Under the pieces are notes generated by a model. It did no database searches. It was not told the DNA's origin and worked only from the letters and a program-made list of their open reading frames with translations. DNA of 64,000 nt from Callorhinchus milii (Eukaryota). Below are positions 1 through 12,690 of the stretch, piece after piece. Both the position numbers and the translations under genes were made by a program. The stretch spans positions 51,648,001-51,712,000 of the forward strand of contig NW_024704743.1 of assembly GCF_018977255.1 (NCBI RefSeq), given 5' to 3'. How positions within the stretch are numbered: the first letter of the stretch is position 1; the number at the start of each line of letters is the position of its first letter.

Positions 1-199
1 CACAACATGTAGAGTACTGTGCAACAAAGTGAAGGTAAAATATGGAACATATGGGGCTCTACTATAATGTTGCCACATTTTGCGTACAGTATATAAAAGT
101 TGACCACTTACTGTATCAATATCAAAACTGTTAGACCATTGAGGTCAAGAGAAATTCCAGGTTCCCAGGCCTGGATATTTCAACAACAATAATAGTAAT

Positions 200-580
200 A
201 TGCCTTAAGCATAATATAGTGCCTTTCACATTAGGAGTATATCTCAAAGCACTTCAAAGAATCTACTTTTAAAGTGTATTGACAGCTAATTTGTGCACAG
301 GAATGTCCCTTAAATAGCCATCAACTGAGTGTTCATTTTTATCCAAGGGATTGTTGGATAGGATACCGGGAGAAACTCCCTGTCTTTATGTAATAGTGTC
401 ATGAGATTTTTAACATTCACCAGAACATGCAGATAGCACCGTGATTTAACATTTCATCTGAGTGATGGCATCTATAGCTATGCAGCACATTCCCAGCACT
501 GTATTGGAATGTCAGCAAAAACTGTGAGCTTGAACCCAGAACCGCTGACTCAAGGACAAGAGTGCTACCAACTAAGATTT
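200..580 (-). mobile_element. Old Deu-domain tRNA-SINE (SacSINE1/AmnSINE1-like), degenerate
   Basis: Reverse complement of the L2-like tail (atatagtgccttttcac), Deu core (gctaatttgtgcacaggaatgtccc) and head (ttgaacccagaacc..gactcaag..agagtgctacc) shared with the other copies in the window. Confidence 0.75.
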
Positions 581-999
581 TTTTGTCGAACTCCACTGAT
601 AACACATTACATACCTGTACCCCCAACTCAGTGGCCATTCAACATTGCTAAGCATTTTGAGATGCCCTCCTGATTTGAAAGGCATTATATACATGTCAAT
701 TGTACTGTATATATGTTATTCAGATATTTTGAGTTGGGTTATAACTGTAATACATCCCTGTACTAAAACCACTGAACAACTAATTTTTGCTTGCCTTGTG
801 TTCCGTATTCCTCCATCTTCTCTTTATTTTCTAATACTTTAACCAGCATAACATATTATGTACTTTTCCTCTAATGTTTCAAAGTTTAAAATCCTTGTTT
901 ATTTGTTTTCTCTGGCTTGGCTTTGGAGATGGGATCCATATTATCCACATTGGTCTGATTGTCTCAGATCAAGTCAGAAAAGATTTCTCTACAAATACA

Positions 1000-1140
1000 C
1001 AGTTGATAGCACTCTCAACTCTGAGTAAGAACGTTGTGGGTTTAAGCCCCACATCAGGTCTTTGAACACTCCAGTGCAGTGCTAAAGGTGCACAGTGTTG
1101 TCAGGGATGCCGTACATCAGATGAAATATTAAACCCAGGT
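1000..1140 (+). mobile_element. 5' part of old Deu-SINE (tRNA-like head)
   Basis: cagttgatagcactctc..ctgagt..gtgggtttaagccccacatcagg..tccagtgcagtgct..agatgaaatattaaac matches the head of the full copy at 62125. Confidence 0.65.
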
Positions 1141-1910
1141 GGAGTGGAACAGATGGGGACATGAAGCAGGCTGAAGTTAGAGGAGCAGAGGAAGTGGTCA
1201 GGGGGTTAAGGTTGGAAGAGATTGCAGAAATTTAGTGGTATTTTAAGTTGAGGATGAGGATCTGAAAGTTAATCCACTGAGGGAAATGGTTCCAGTAGAG
1301 TCTGGTGAAGATGGAAGTGATGGGCTCATGAAGCCTGGTGTGGGAGAAAATGCAGGTTAGGATAGTCTGGAGTTTTTGGATGGTGAGGTGAGAAGGCTGA
1401 TGAGTAAGGTACTGGAAAAGTTTAATTTGGAGTCAACAAATGTGTGGATGTGGGTTGTGGCTGCATTAAGGTGAGGTAACTCTTTGACCGAGCCTTCGGC
1501 TCCCCTCTCGACTCTCTACCCCCTCCTCTACCCCATCCTCACTCCCTCCCTTCCCTCCCCTCACCCTGACCATTTCCCCCCTGCTCGGGTCCTGACCCAA
1601 CTGTACAGCGCCTTGGGACGTCCTCCTGACGTGAAAGGTGCTCTATAAATGGAATCTTGTTGTTGTTGTTGTTGTAATGGTGGAGGGGGGCAATGTTATG
1701 GAAATAGAAAAAATAGTCTTAGTCAGAACGTAGATGAAAGGAGAGTTAAGGGTTGAACAAATTACCAAGGTTCTGATCAGGCACTGTAATTTGGAGAAAC
1801 AACTAGGGACATCAATATGGTCAATGCCGATGGAGGAGGTGCTAACAAGAGCCAAGTACAATACTCTCAGTTTTGTCACTATTGAGCTGGAGAATTTTAA
1901 GGTTCATCCT
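1140..1910 (-). mobile_element. Old L2 LINE ORF2 3' fragment, split by a young L2 insertion
   Basis: Purine-rich degenerate match to the same region as L2 copies at 54720-55322 and 60945-62030 (gaggatgaggatctgaaag..ccagtagag..gtgtgggag); resumes after 1675. Confidence 0.6.
1480..1674 (+). mobile_element. Young L2 LINE 3' end with (GTT)n tail
   Basis: tttgaccgagccttc..cagcgccttgggacgtcctcctgacgtgaaaggtgctctataaatggaatctt(gtt)n; near-identical to 32636-32897 and the reverse complement of 54720-54900. Confidence 0.9.
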
Positions 1911-1929
1911 AATCAAGATTAATAAATCC

Positions 1930-2325
1930 ATATTTGTAGGCAAATGCAGTAACCAATTTTGCACACAGCAGGTTCCACACATAGCTATGAAGTGAATAGC
2001 CAATTTTTCTGGAAGATTGCTGGTCAGGACACAAGTGCCATTGGATCTTTAGCGTTAATAATCAGAATAATCCTTGCATTTGATATAGTGCCTTATCATG
2101 TCATGAAGACGTCTCCAAAGCGCTTCACAGGATATACTGTAAAGTGGTTTTGTGGGCACAACACAGCAACCAATTGTGCATAACATTCACCTGAACAAGC
2201 AGACAAGACTTCAGTTTAACATTTTATGTGAAGGAAGGCGACTCTGTCAATGCAGTAGAGTGTTATCTTAGATCTTGAACTCAATGTGCTGAGGTAGGGT
2301 TTAAACCCGTTATCTTCTGACCCAA
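1930..2325 (-). mobile_element. Two stacked Deu-SINE fragments
   Basis: aataatccttgcatttgatatagtgcc..caaagcgcttcacagg..gcaaccaattgtgca (reverse complement of SINE tail and Deu core), plus an older fragment from 1930. Confidence 0.7.
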
Positions 2326-2415
2326 TCAATTCTGCATTTATGGCCTTCTGGGGCAGTATATTTCACATTATTACAACTATTTATATGAAGAAATGTTTCC
2401 TGTTTTCACTCTTAG

Positions 2416-2985
2416 AAGGGAGGATAGAACAAATAGACGTTCGAACTACAGCAGTCTATTATGCTTGTATTATACTTATGTTCTTGACAACACAATGCTG
2501 TGGTCATGTTGTTTTCAAAAATAATGTTATCTTTAAAGTGCATTAGATAGAAATGATTAATACCTTGCAAAGTATGCTTGTATGTTTGTAANTTTTTTTA
2601 AATGGTTGGCTAGTGAGTGAGCATTCATTCACTGAAAATGCACGTATCGTTAGAATTGAACTATTACTAGAGCAATGTTAGCCACAAAATGCACTGTTCC
2701 TGTTGTGTTGAAACAGAAACACGACTATTACAATGTACTTTAATTGTTGTGCAGCTACTCATTTTAATTTAGAGTCTGTACTTTGTATACTATAAAAATG
2801 TGATGGTAAAGCAAAGTGGATCTAATAACGCCAATTACACAGTAAAAAGAACCTGCTTTNAAAAAACTGGGATAGGTTTTCTGTCTACAACAATGTAATT
2901 TGATATCTGTATTTTATATGATTTTGTCCTAGTACTGGTAATTGCGAGTGTTTTGCATTTGAAATAAATCCTGGCATCTATGTCC
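2416..2985 (+). other. Probable terminal exon and 3'UTR of an upstream plus-strand gene (if phase 0, ends K-G-G-stop)
   Basis: Pyrimidine tract gtttcctgttttcactcttAG (AG 2414-2415), then AAG GGA GGA TAG. About 550 nt of repeat-free, TGTA/TATT-rich sequence follows, with AATAAA at 2963-2968. Frame and gene identity cannot be fixed from this window. Confidence 0.4.
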
Positions 2986-4242
2986 CACTTATTGCAAATA
3001 TTATTTGACTTCGGAAAAAATTGTAAAACAAGAATTTTATTTGTAACAGCAAAATAATGATATGCTGCTCGTTCAATTTAAGGTTACACTCCATTACTGT
3101 TTTCAAACATGCCATTGAGTGAACAATATAATTACTGTTTTTTACATGTAATACAAAGCCACTTTATCTAGAAGTAGTAACTATGGAAACCGCAAATACA
3201 ATGGGCATATATTGAATCACATTCTTCTGCAACTTTCAGTTCTCATTATTCCAGTATTAACATATATCTACACAACAAATTTTGGAATCAGCCTTGTCAA
3301 AACGCTCCTGATCTGATCATTTTTGGCAGAGCATATGCACATGTCCAAACCTGTGAGTTGTTTATCCTTATCATTTTTATTAACATTTTATTAAGGAAGT
3401 GGTTATATTCTTATTAACACACCCCAGTGTTTTTTGCACAGTGATTCATTCAATCTGGCTTCTGGAATAATAGTTCACTAGTTTGCAAACAAAACAAGTC
3501 CAACATATTATATATAGCTTTCCCTTCACACCCACCAAAAGCAAGATCCATTTTCCACCCTTGCATGATCATCACCACTACCACACCTTGTCCTACTGTA
3601 ATAACCACTGTTCAATCAATAGCCCAAAGATACCATGAACAAATGGTGGTTACTGCGCTGGTCCAAACATGTCTGTTTACATCAAATAAGACAGACTGTC
3701 ACCGTGTCGCCCACTGCTGAATAATCAGTCTATTCTCCCTTTTGAAATTATTATTGTCTAGTTGTCTAATCACAGTGGATTAATGTTTGTTAAGTTCTCA
3801 GGATAGCAATATTGTAGTCTAAATTGTGGGCAATGTGTGGTTTGGCAGTTATTCAGAGCAAATCTGTATCCAACAATCCAATTTTTGCAGTTCCTCAGGT
3901 TTTAATATTGATCATCACATTTTAGAGCACACATTACCTTTCTGGTTTAAAATGTGTGAAGAAAATAATAATTTTTTCTACTTTTTATTGTTTTTCATAT
4001 TTGGGAAGTAACCATATTTTTCAAGTTTTCACAGAACTATCTTGAAAGTAACACTATTGTTGCTAAATGCAGTAGAAAGAAGATTATTATGCACCAACTA
4101 TCCACATGACCATTTGTCCACATCTGGCTAAGTGAACATGGGACCGCAAGATAATAGCAAAAATATTCAGTTGCATTCATATGTGGAAGGTTACCAGGGA
4201 TGTGGTTTGGTCCCATGGTGCAGCAAAATTGCTTCCTTATCA

Positions 4243-4328
4243 TAGGAACAAAGGAACAGGAGTAGGCCATTCAGCACTTCGTGTCTGTTCTGCCATTCTA
4301 TTAGATCATGGCTGATCTGTCCCTCAAC
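4243..4328 (-). mobile_element. CR1-type LINE 3' tail
   Basis: aggaacaggagtaggccattcagc..ccattc..tagatcatggctgatct; similar copy at 12488-12550. Confidence 0.7.
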
Positions 4329-4437
4329 AACCTTGTGAAGAACTGTGCAACATGGAACATGCAATGCTGCGGGATTGTTTGCCCGTAGATTGAAGGCAAG
4401 TGTTTATACTTTTGTACAATCTAGGGTTAGTCAGTTG

Positions 4438-4562
4438 AAGAGATACAGCAAATCATAGAAAGAGAGAAAGAGACAGAGATACAAAGTTAGATACTCAAAG
4501 AGAGAGACAGAGAGAAAGAGAGACTCTGAGAGAGAAAGGCAGATAAAGAGAAAGAAAAAGGG
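4438..4562. repeat. Degenerate (AG)n purine-rich low-complexity tract
   Basis: gagagaaagagacagaga..agagagacagagagaaagagag. Confidence 0.85.
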
Positions 4563-5439
4563 GAAAGTTATGGAGATAGTAGGGATTAGAGTGAGTTGGA
4601 GAGTGGCAACTAGAGAGTGACAGACAAAGGACTGGTACATTATGATACTTGAGTAAGGGTACTGTTTAATTTTGGCTTGAGGAGTTTTAGATTAGCACTG
4701 TATCTAATTTGAATTTTATATGAGATCAAATTATCTGCAAAGATTGCTTATCCTCAATGGTGAAGATCACAATTAGTGCAAATAATCAGATTTCTGCTGT
4801 AATATAAAAGGCAATATTTGTGTTTGGGGGTTTTGGATACAAAACATGGAAGGTTCCCTTGTTTCCAATATTGTTTATTGAAAAAATGCAGATCTGCTCC
4901 ACACTCTTCAAAATCAGCACCCAATATCTCACATAATTTCTCACAAAATTTAATTTGCAAGGATAAATCAAGCTAAGACAAGTCTAGAAGGATACTCTGC
5001 TAAGGTTTACACATAGGGATGTGCAAAATTTAGAAAGAGCCCATGTAACAGGCCTCTTTGATGAAAAATAATGTGTCTACCTCTCCTAGCATTATCAGTT
5101 TCTCCTCTATCATGCTCCATGTAATGCCCTCATGGGATTTTCCACTTTTTCCAACTCTATTGGTTCCCTGGCAATTTGTTCCATGTATTGACCATCCTCT
5201 GCATTATACTTCCTATAAAATAGGTAACCTAATCTGGACGACAAATGACTGGACGTGGTAAGCTGTGCAGATCCAGGTGTTGAGCTCTTTAGAATTACAA
5301 AGCACAAAGGTGCTGCAGTTTTCAGAGGGTCATTGAAACATAACCGTTAGTGTGTCAAACATGCATTATGTTCATTGCTGTCAAAAGGTTCTGAGACAGG
5401 CCCGAAACTCTGAATGTCCCTTCAAATGAACATACTTAC

Positions 5440-5487
5440 CTGGAAAGTTAGCAGATATTTTCGGATTTTGCTTCAAGTTCCTTTAAT
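5440..5487 (-). pseudogene. Candidate 48-nt exon, phase-2 frame LKELEAKSENIC*LS
   Basis: Minus strand tttgttatttgtcatttaagtAG | exon | CAG/GTAAGTAT (full consensus donor); contains an in-frame TAA. Confidence 0.4.
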
Positions 5488-6483
5488 CTACTTAAATGAC
5501 AAATAACAAATAGCATTGATTCTTTGGATTCTCTCAGTTTTCTTTATTGTTTCATTATGGACATTCCTACAGTCTATCATCCCCAAAATGTGACATTACT
5601 GTACGATCAAAAAGGTCATGATCATGTTTTTCAGATCAAGCATATTGAATTCAAACAATTATGAAGTGAACGTTTAATTATGGGAAAAATAAAATATTCT
5701 AGATGAACTTCAGAATCCATGAAGAACCAACCATCCCACCCACCCTCCAGTCCACATGTACTTCATGTGTTTTTAAATTCTTAGAGCTACCACTAGATGG
5801 GGTATCCTACTGGAGGAAAACCCATCATCATGTCCATCTTGTAAACCGCTCTTCTTTTGGCAGCTCAACCACACAAAGATGTTGGGAGCCACGGAACAGA
5901 GGAGTTAGCTTGAATTGCACCACCCACTGCTGCGCCTTACGTTAGTAAAAGCAAAAGTAAAAAAAAAATCTGATCCCTTTCCATGCCTAAAATCTTAAAT
6001 TAAAAAAACACTGGCCACCATTTCCCACCATGTGATATGTAGGTCAAGTAATAAGACACTGTTTTTTTATTCTCCATAACATGATGCTTTAAATAGACTA
6101 TATTACACTGGTGATATTATGCTAGGCGCATATGTTACAAGTTTTGTTACAAACGAACAGCAGAGCCTTGCATACTTTGCAGCTTATTTAGTGGAGTGCT
6201 TTTCACTGGCATTTTAACTACATAATATTCTAGACAAAATTGGCTCATGAGCTTACACCAGCTGTATGCTAATAAAACCTGTATGATTTCATGATTTTCT
6301 CAGACTTCATTTGCATAGACAGATTAACTGAGACAGTAGACTGAGTGACATAAGGATTGACAGACAGTCGAGTTGATGGGCAATGTTACACAAAATACAG
6401 GCAGGAGTGCATTCAGAGTCTATACATATTCTTTCACAATTCAACTGCGTTTGATATTTAGATAAAAACCCATGTGGACTCAC

Positions 6484-6634
6484 ACTTGAGTATAAAATGT
6501 TAGTAACATCACAATTTCCATGTTGGTTGTGTAGATTATCGTAAAGATTCCTTACATATTTAAGGAACAAATGGAGGTCCATTGTAAGGCGCCTATATCC
6601 TTTGCACAGTAATCGCTAACTATAAAATAATTTG
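6484..6634 (-). pseudogene. Candidate 151-nt exon with CNBD-like beta-roll motifs and a premature stop
   Basis: Acceptor ccttattttctgttatctgcAG, donor GTGAGT; phase-1 frame NYFIVSDYCAKDIGALQWTSICSLNM*GIFTIIYTTNMEIVMLLTFYTQ, TAA at 6552-6554. Confidence 0.4.
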
Positions 6635-8257
6635 CTGCAGATAACAGAAAATAAGGTAACCCTATATATAACATTAAGTTAACTATTAAATGAATAAAGA
6701 TATCCTGCCTGCAAAATTACATGTAAAATGAATTTCTGTTGATAGAGATGAGGGAATAAGAGCCAGTGGTTAGAATGAGATGGTGTGCAAATGTATTGTA
6801 TCAAATGACTGGATCCGATTTAGGGGCTTGCAATTCTTCACATGACAGTTATTGAGGGAGGCAGCTAGTTGGGGGGTGGGGGAAGAAATGGTAGGCAATT
6901 CAAACAGTGCGTTACCAAGTTCCATAGGCAGAGTTGAAGCAGACCCGCTGGGGGAATAGTGTGAAGTGTGAGGACCTCAATGAAAGGGAAAATTATTAAT
7001 CAGTTAATGTGGACAAACCATATACAAACAATTTTTTTCTTGAACAAGTACATTTAAAGCAAAATGTAAGTTCAAAAATGCAGTCAGTTGACATTACAGT
7101 GCCTTAATTTCTCCTCCGATCACCAATAACAATTTCCATACACCACAGAAAAACAAATTCGGGTAGAAGGATCTACATAAAAAAGAAAAACCAAACAATG
7201 ATTTAAACACTTTTGGAAATTTGAAGGTTTGGAGCCCAGAAGGAGGCTCACTGTGTCTGTGATGTTGCTAGTTCTCCCAACTGGAGCCATTTACACTGAT
7301 CCCATTTCCCTTGCTTTTCCCGTTAACCTTTTAATATTTTTTTCTCAAAAATGTATCCAAATTCCTTTTTTTAAATGCTTTTAGGTACTTGGCGTTAAAA
7401 AGTATAATATTATTCAAGTACATTGTGGGAGGTCTGTTCCGCTGAAAACCTGACTCCAGACGTGTACAAAAATGCAGAGTGCAGATTCTTCTTCTTTTCT
7501 GTTCCTTCCCTGCACTGGATCAAGACTCATTATGTCACATTTCACTTTAATTCATTCTATCTCAGTACCTTAAATTGGGGACTCTTTCCTCCCAGCCTAA
7601 CCTCCATCCACATTCTAGCCTTCCTCTTCTTCCCTACACATTTTTAAAACCCATTTGGAATCATATCATCTTGATTTGTAAGATCTGGATTCTCCCTCTC
7701 TTGGATCTTGTTACCTTCAGGAAGGTATTTAGGCAGGTTAGCCAATGAATCACACTTAAAACGCTTTTGGGGAATGTATAACATTGTTAAATCAAAGGAG
7801 TTTATATATTTGCTAAACTTCATAGCAAGGCCAGAAAATGTTAAAAGGGATGATGTACAGGTTTGCTATTTGAATATATTAATACTTTTTTGGAGATCAT
7901 AGGGGATACAGTTATCTTCAGCAGAGATCCCAACAAAAATAAAATTAACATATAAAGATAACGAGTATTAAAAACAGCACACCCACTTATCAAAACCTAG
8001 CATGAACAAATACATTAATCTCATGGAGAAGTCAAGCATAGCCATTTTCGCTTGATAAAAGGGCATTTCCCACAAAATTGTTTGCAGCTAAAACTTGATT
8101 TTTAAAAATGTAATGTATTAAATGGGAGCAGGTTTCCACACACACAAAAAGAAAGATCCTTCATTGACTAATGATATGATATGTTTATATTCTGTGTTAG
8201 TTTAGTGACACATTCTCCTCTGATGTTTGGGTTGTTTAGCAAAAATTTCAACCTTAC

Positions 8258-8344
8258 TTATTCTAAGGTTGTGCATGCTCCAGCGATATAGTGCGTTGTC
8301 CAGCAACCGCAATGTAATATGTGAGGAAAAATGGAAGATTAACA
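8258..8344 (-). pseudogene. Candidate 87-nt phase 1-1 exon LIFHFSSHITLRLLDNALYRWSMHNLRI
   Basis: Donor GTAAGG, weak aAG acceptor, open frame, several retained CpGs. Confidence 0.25.
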
Positions 8345-8879
8345 CTTAACATCATCAAGCACAGAAACAAACTGTCCCTCTTTCATACCCAACTTGTAAC
8401 AGGCTCATTTAGAAATATGGATATCAAGGTTTATTTGCAGTTAGCAGCCATTCTTACAATGCCAAGCAACAATCTATTGTAAATGTGCTTCCATTTCTAC
8501 AGTGCACCAACGTGCCAGACTGTGTGTCCATTTAACTTAACTACAGTAAACACAATGTCCACTATTAATCTCCTTCATTTACTCCTGTGATTTTCCAAAT
8601 AAATGTTCAGTATGTTGAGCTTATCATCAGAGTTCAAATCTAATGTATCTGGTTATGAGGATACCAAACAAGCGTCTTTTAGTTAAGGTGTATATTGTGG
8701 ACACAGATTCTGCAAAACTGAGCATCAGTTTCTCAAACATACTATAGTTGTATATGCAGTGTAATGTTCACCAGAAGGACAATATACAGAATTCAGATAC
8801 ATTTCTGCACTTGAGATTACCATAGACATTTCCAAAGATGATCCCTCAACGATTTTTCATGGTAATACACTCGCTCTGC

Positions 8880-9150
8880 AATAGGAACTCACACTTGTGT
8901 TCAAATCCCTTCACTCTCTGGCACCTCCCTGCCTCTCCGATCTCCTCACTCCCCAATCCAACACCCGGCACCTCCACTCGACAGGCACCGACCTCCTGCT
9001 CGTCCCTCGCACCCTCCGCTCCACCATCGGAGGTCGCGCTTTCAGCCCAAAACTCTGGAACACTCTCCCTCAATCTCTCCACCTTGCCCCCTCCCCTTTT
9101 TCAAGGCCCACCTGAAAATCTTCCTCTTCGACTGTGCTTACTGAACATTC
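8880..9150 (+). mobile_element. L2 LINE ORF2 C-terminal/3' fragment
   Basis: ORF 8897-9115 FKSLHSLAPPCLSDLL..IGGRAFSPKLWNTLPQSL is the typical L2 ORF2 C-terminus. Confidence 0.85.
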
Positions 9151-9159
9151 ACTTGCCAT

Positions 9160-9400
9160 TGATGGGGTGGAGTGGGTAGGAGACGGGCCAGATTAGCAAA
9201 GTAGTGAAAATGACCAGGAGAGTAGAGTCACAGAGATCACAGAAGTATGGTGGGGCAAGGCCATAGAGCCATTTGAAGGTACTTACTAGGATCTTAAAGT
9301 TTATCTGATGGGCCATTGGAAGCTGGTATAGCTGGGCCAGGTTGTAGTGATGGGTTTGGGGAGACCATGAGCAGAAAATGTAGAGTTTGGGATGGTCTGG
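9160..9400 (-). mobile_element. L2 LINE ORF2 fragment
   Basis: Minus ORF 9149-9463 contains LPMAHQINFKILVSTFKWLYGLAPPYFCDL. Confidence 0.8.
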
Positions 9401-10059
9401 AGCTCCTGGGCCGTCATAAAGACATGTTGCATGTACTTTTATTTGCACTTGAGAAAATCTCATGAGTACACACGATTCGTATCCTTTTACCGGTAATGTT
9501 GAATAACTTTAGGGACAAGTTGAAATTTTATGTTTCAAAGTTTCTTTCTTATAAAACAAATTCACCAGGACATATGAATAACATGTTGACTAATTCATGC
9601 TGATGGATGTGATTAAAATATAAGTTCATTTTAAAATGAGCTGGATACACATTGGTTTAAGAACAGATCGAAGATTGCACAGATAAACAGAGATGGTTAA
9701 ATACCCATGAAATAAAACATAGGGCACAAAAATGTGAACTCCAGCATGAAGTTGGTCAGTTTTATACCATAAATATAATTTTACATTGATATGGAGCCTT
9801 TCATGTCAGGAGGAGACATAATAATGTAGTACGGGAGAATCGTGAAACAGGATAGGGTTTAGCGCTCTATTCAGGATTAACAGCAACAGCAAACACCAAC
9901 ACACGACCTGCCTAAAATCCTATTCAGTATTCGGTGAAGCTGTGAACTGCTCACAAGATGAAGCATTATTTATAACTACAGAACTCATCTTTTTGCAGAT
10001 TTCTCTACCCTTGTGTCACATTGTACGCACGTAATAATTATTTGCACAAAGAACCAAAT

Positions 10060-10678
10060 ACCTGAAGACCTTCCTTTTCAACTGTGCGCACAGTCATCTC
10101 CCATCTCTCTCCCCGGCTTAGTATCAAGCTCCACCACTGTTAAACATTCAAAGACACTATACCATATGAAGAGCATTATATAAACGCAAGTCGTTGTTGT
10201 TAAATTTGGCCACTTGTATGCTCACCCACGTGAAATCTGCGTGCTCATCGTCCCCATCCTCACTAGCCTCCACCTTTTTCCTTGTCTTTCAGCAGATTGG
10301 CTTCAAAATCTTCACTTTCACCTCTAAATCGATAGATGACTATGAATTCCTACACCGTCTAACCCCTTCCCACCTCTGTAACCTTCTCCACATCCGATGC
10401 TTTACAAACTCAGCCCTGCTATGATTCCATTGTCCCGTCCACCACGTAAGTGACCAAGCCTTCAACCACCATCTCTGGGACTGCTTCCCTCTATCCCACC
10501 ACGTTGTAGCCCCCTCCCCCATCCATTTTTAAAAAACGTCTGAGAACTTTCTCTTCAACTGTGCCTGTTCATCTCCTTCACCTCCTTTCCCACTCAGTGT
10601 CTGGTACTAACTTGGAGAAGTCCTCCAACACATTACCTTATATGAAGGAACTATATAAATTAAACTTGTTGCTGTTGG
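10060..10678 (+). mobile_element. Two tandem old L2 3' fragments
   Basis: Tails atgaagagcattatataaacgcaagtcgttgttg (about 10200) and atgaaggaactatataaattaaacttgttgctgttg (about 10675); QIGFKIFTFTSKS in ORF 10194. Confidence 0.7.
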
Positions 10679-11374
10679 CATTACTTGATTAATTGAATTC
10701 ATTGTAATGCAAACTCTAGAATACAAAAGTTGGCAGCGGCAAAATAAAGATTGTTACTTTTATACAGCCACAATAGTGTGACAAAATGTCACAAAGTAAA
10801 GCGTCAGCTGTTTTTTAGACTTTGCTGATTTTCGGGATTTAAATTTCAGTGTTGTTTTCTAAAATCTCAAAATTCTGTAAGGCAAACAGAAACCTGCAAG
10901 TTATACAACAAACCCATTTTATCAATAACACATATTAGATCTCAATACGTGAAACACACAAACACACACAATGATATCTATCTGTTGGAAGGTGGCAACA
11001 TGATTGTTAACAGGAGGTGACACTGGCATTCATAAGCACTGCCAAGGACACCTTCATTAATGTCTCTGATTCTTTAGATGGGTTATTAGATGTATGGATC
11101 AGAAAAGAGTGAAAATAATTTGATTTTTTTTCATTGTGGAACAAAACATGTTTCACATCGGGAGAACATCCCAAAGCGCTGAAAGTGAGCAGGTGAGATG
11201 TTGAGATCTTGATTTTACGGGTACAAAAAAAGTTTAAAAAAAAGAATACTATCCAATTGTTTTTTTTTAAAACTATAAAATTAATGTCTCAACATTTCAC
11301 CTGGTGCCTTTCCATTGGCATGTTTCTTGTGAATAACACAACCATATTTGCACCATTTTCAGACGCTCAAATGT

Positions 11375-11697
11375 GGAGTCCTGTAGCTCAGTAGTTAGAG
11401 CACTCGGCTCACAAGTGAAAGGATTCGATTCCCTGCAGGGCAAAACCTTGGGCAAGTTTCCTTACTTCACATGCCTGATAATAATCCCTCAAGAAAAAAA
11501 ATAATAAAATAATTATTTGTTCACTCAATCCACAACTGTTTGTGGGACACTGCTCTGCGCAATTGGCTGCCGTCTTTCGCCTACAAATATACAGTCAATT
11601 GACTTTATACTCTGTGAAACGTTTTGAGATGTCTAGAAAACGTGAAAAGCGCAATATCAAATGCAAGGATTATTATTAGTATTATTATTATTATTAT
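11375..11697 (+). mobile_element. Young full-length tRNA-derived Deu-SINE with (ATT)n tail
   Basis: A-box-like tagctcagtagttagagc, B-box-like ggattcgattccc, ccttgggcaag, Deu core tgtttgtgggacactgctctgcgcaattggctgcc, L2-like tail gtgaaaagcgcaatatcaaatgcaagg(att)n. Confidence 0.92.
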
Positions 11698-12487
11698 GCA
11701 CATCCCAAATCCAGCTTTGCGAATGATGACTTCTCAAGGCTCAGTGATGCAGATTTCCATGAGTAGTTTTTGCGAATCTCTGCAAAACAATCATAAATGT
11801 ACTGTATCAAGTTGGTGGGAAGGACATAAACCACCACATAGCAAGCACAAAAAATCATGTGAAAAAGTTATGTGAAAAAAAATAGCAAAACCAAAGAAAG
11901 TTTTATGCAAAGTACAAATTCTGGACCACAGTTGTGAATTAGTTTTTTTTCATAATCCTTGCGTAACTGAAGTATTTCAAAGGGATTTTATATCACTTCA
12001 ACTTTCCTCTCAAGTAACATGGATCTACGAATGCCATCACTAAGGGAATTAAATTTTTCCAGATGGAAAATGCCTCTAATGTGCAAGCAAAGGTTACCTT
12101 ACTGGAACGTAAAACCAAGAGTCTTACAATAAGGAATTTTGCACATTAAAATATTAACACAATCCACATCTCAATGATCTCCTTTTCAAGCTACAGACAA
12201 CACTTGGGTATTTTTTTTCAACAGAAGTTAATTAGTGTAAGATTTCCCAATGTTTCAGCGAGCATATTTCATAACCAAAATCCTTTATTCTTAATTAAAA
12301 AGACTGAAGCTTAATTAAAAATGAAAACTTCAAATACAATGCAGTAACACAGTACATTTAGATGATTTTAAGACTCATTGTCTACTTGCTGTCTTGCAAT
12401 TGATAAAGTGTGCCATCAGATGAAAGCAGACTGATAATGATCAATGGTGCATTGATATCACAGCACAATATTAGCATAATAATATTT

Positions 12488-12690
12488 AGGAACAGAGGAA
12501 GCCATTCAGCCCATCAAGCTGGTTCCTTCATTGTGTTAGATCATGGTGGATCTTTTCACAAGAGGTATGAATGAAGAAGGCCCTTCGGTCCATCTGATCT
12601 CATCTTTCCAGAATACCCACCACCCATCTTACCATCACAGCATTAAGTTGTTTATAAATAGGTCCACATTTTTATATGGACATAATTTGT
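12488..12690 (-). mobile_element. Two adjacent CR1 3' tails
   Basis: aggaacagaggaagccattcagccc.. followed by cacaagaggtatgaatgaagaaggcccttcggtccatctgatctcatc, shared with 13785, 30720 and 39300. Confidence 0.65.

Noticed and set aside
5432..5443. ATACTTACCTGG, identical to the U1 snRNA 5' end
   Set aside because: The match ends after 12 nt; it is simply the reverse complement of a consensus 5' splice site
6595..9488. U12-type donor motifs ATATCCTTT (6595) and GTATCCTTT (9479) on the plus strand
   Set aside because: A couple of such 9-mers are expected by chance in 64 kb of AT-rich DNA, and no convincing exon or partner branch site was found
11375..11440. tRNA-like sequences at SINE heads (also 15262, 29037, 35046, 62125)
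   Set aside because: They are pol III promoter heads of SINEs, with no complete cloverleaf or terminator
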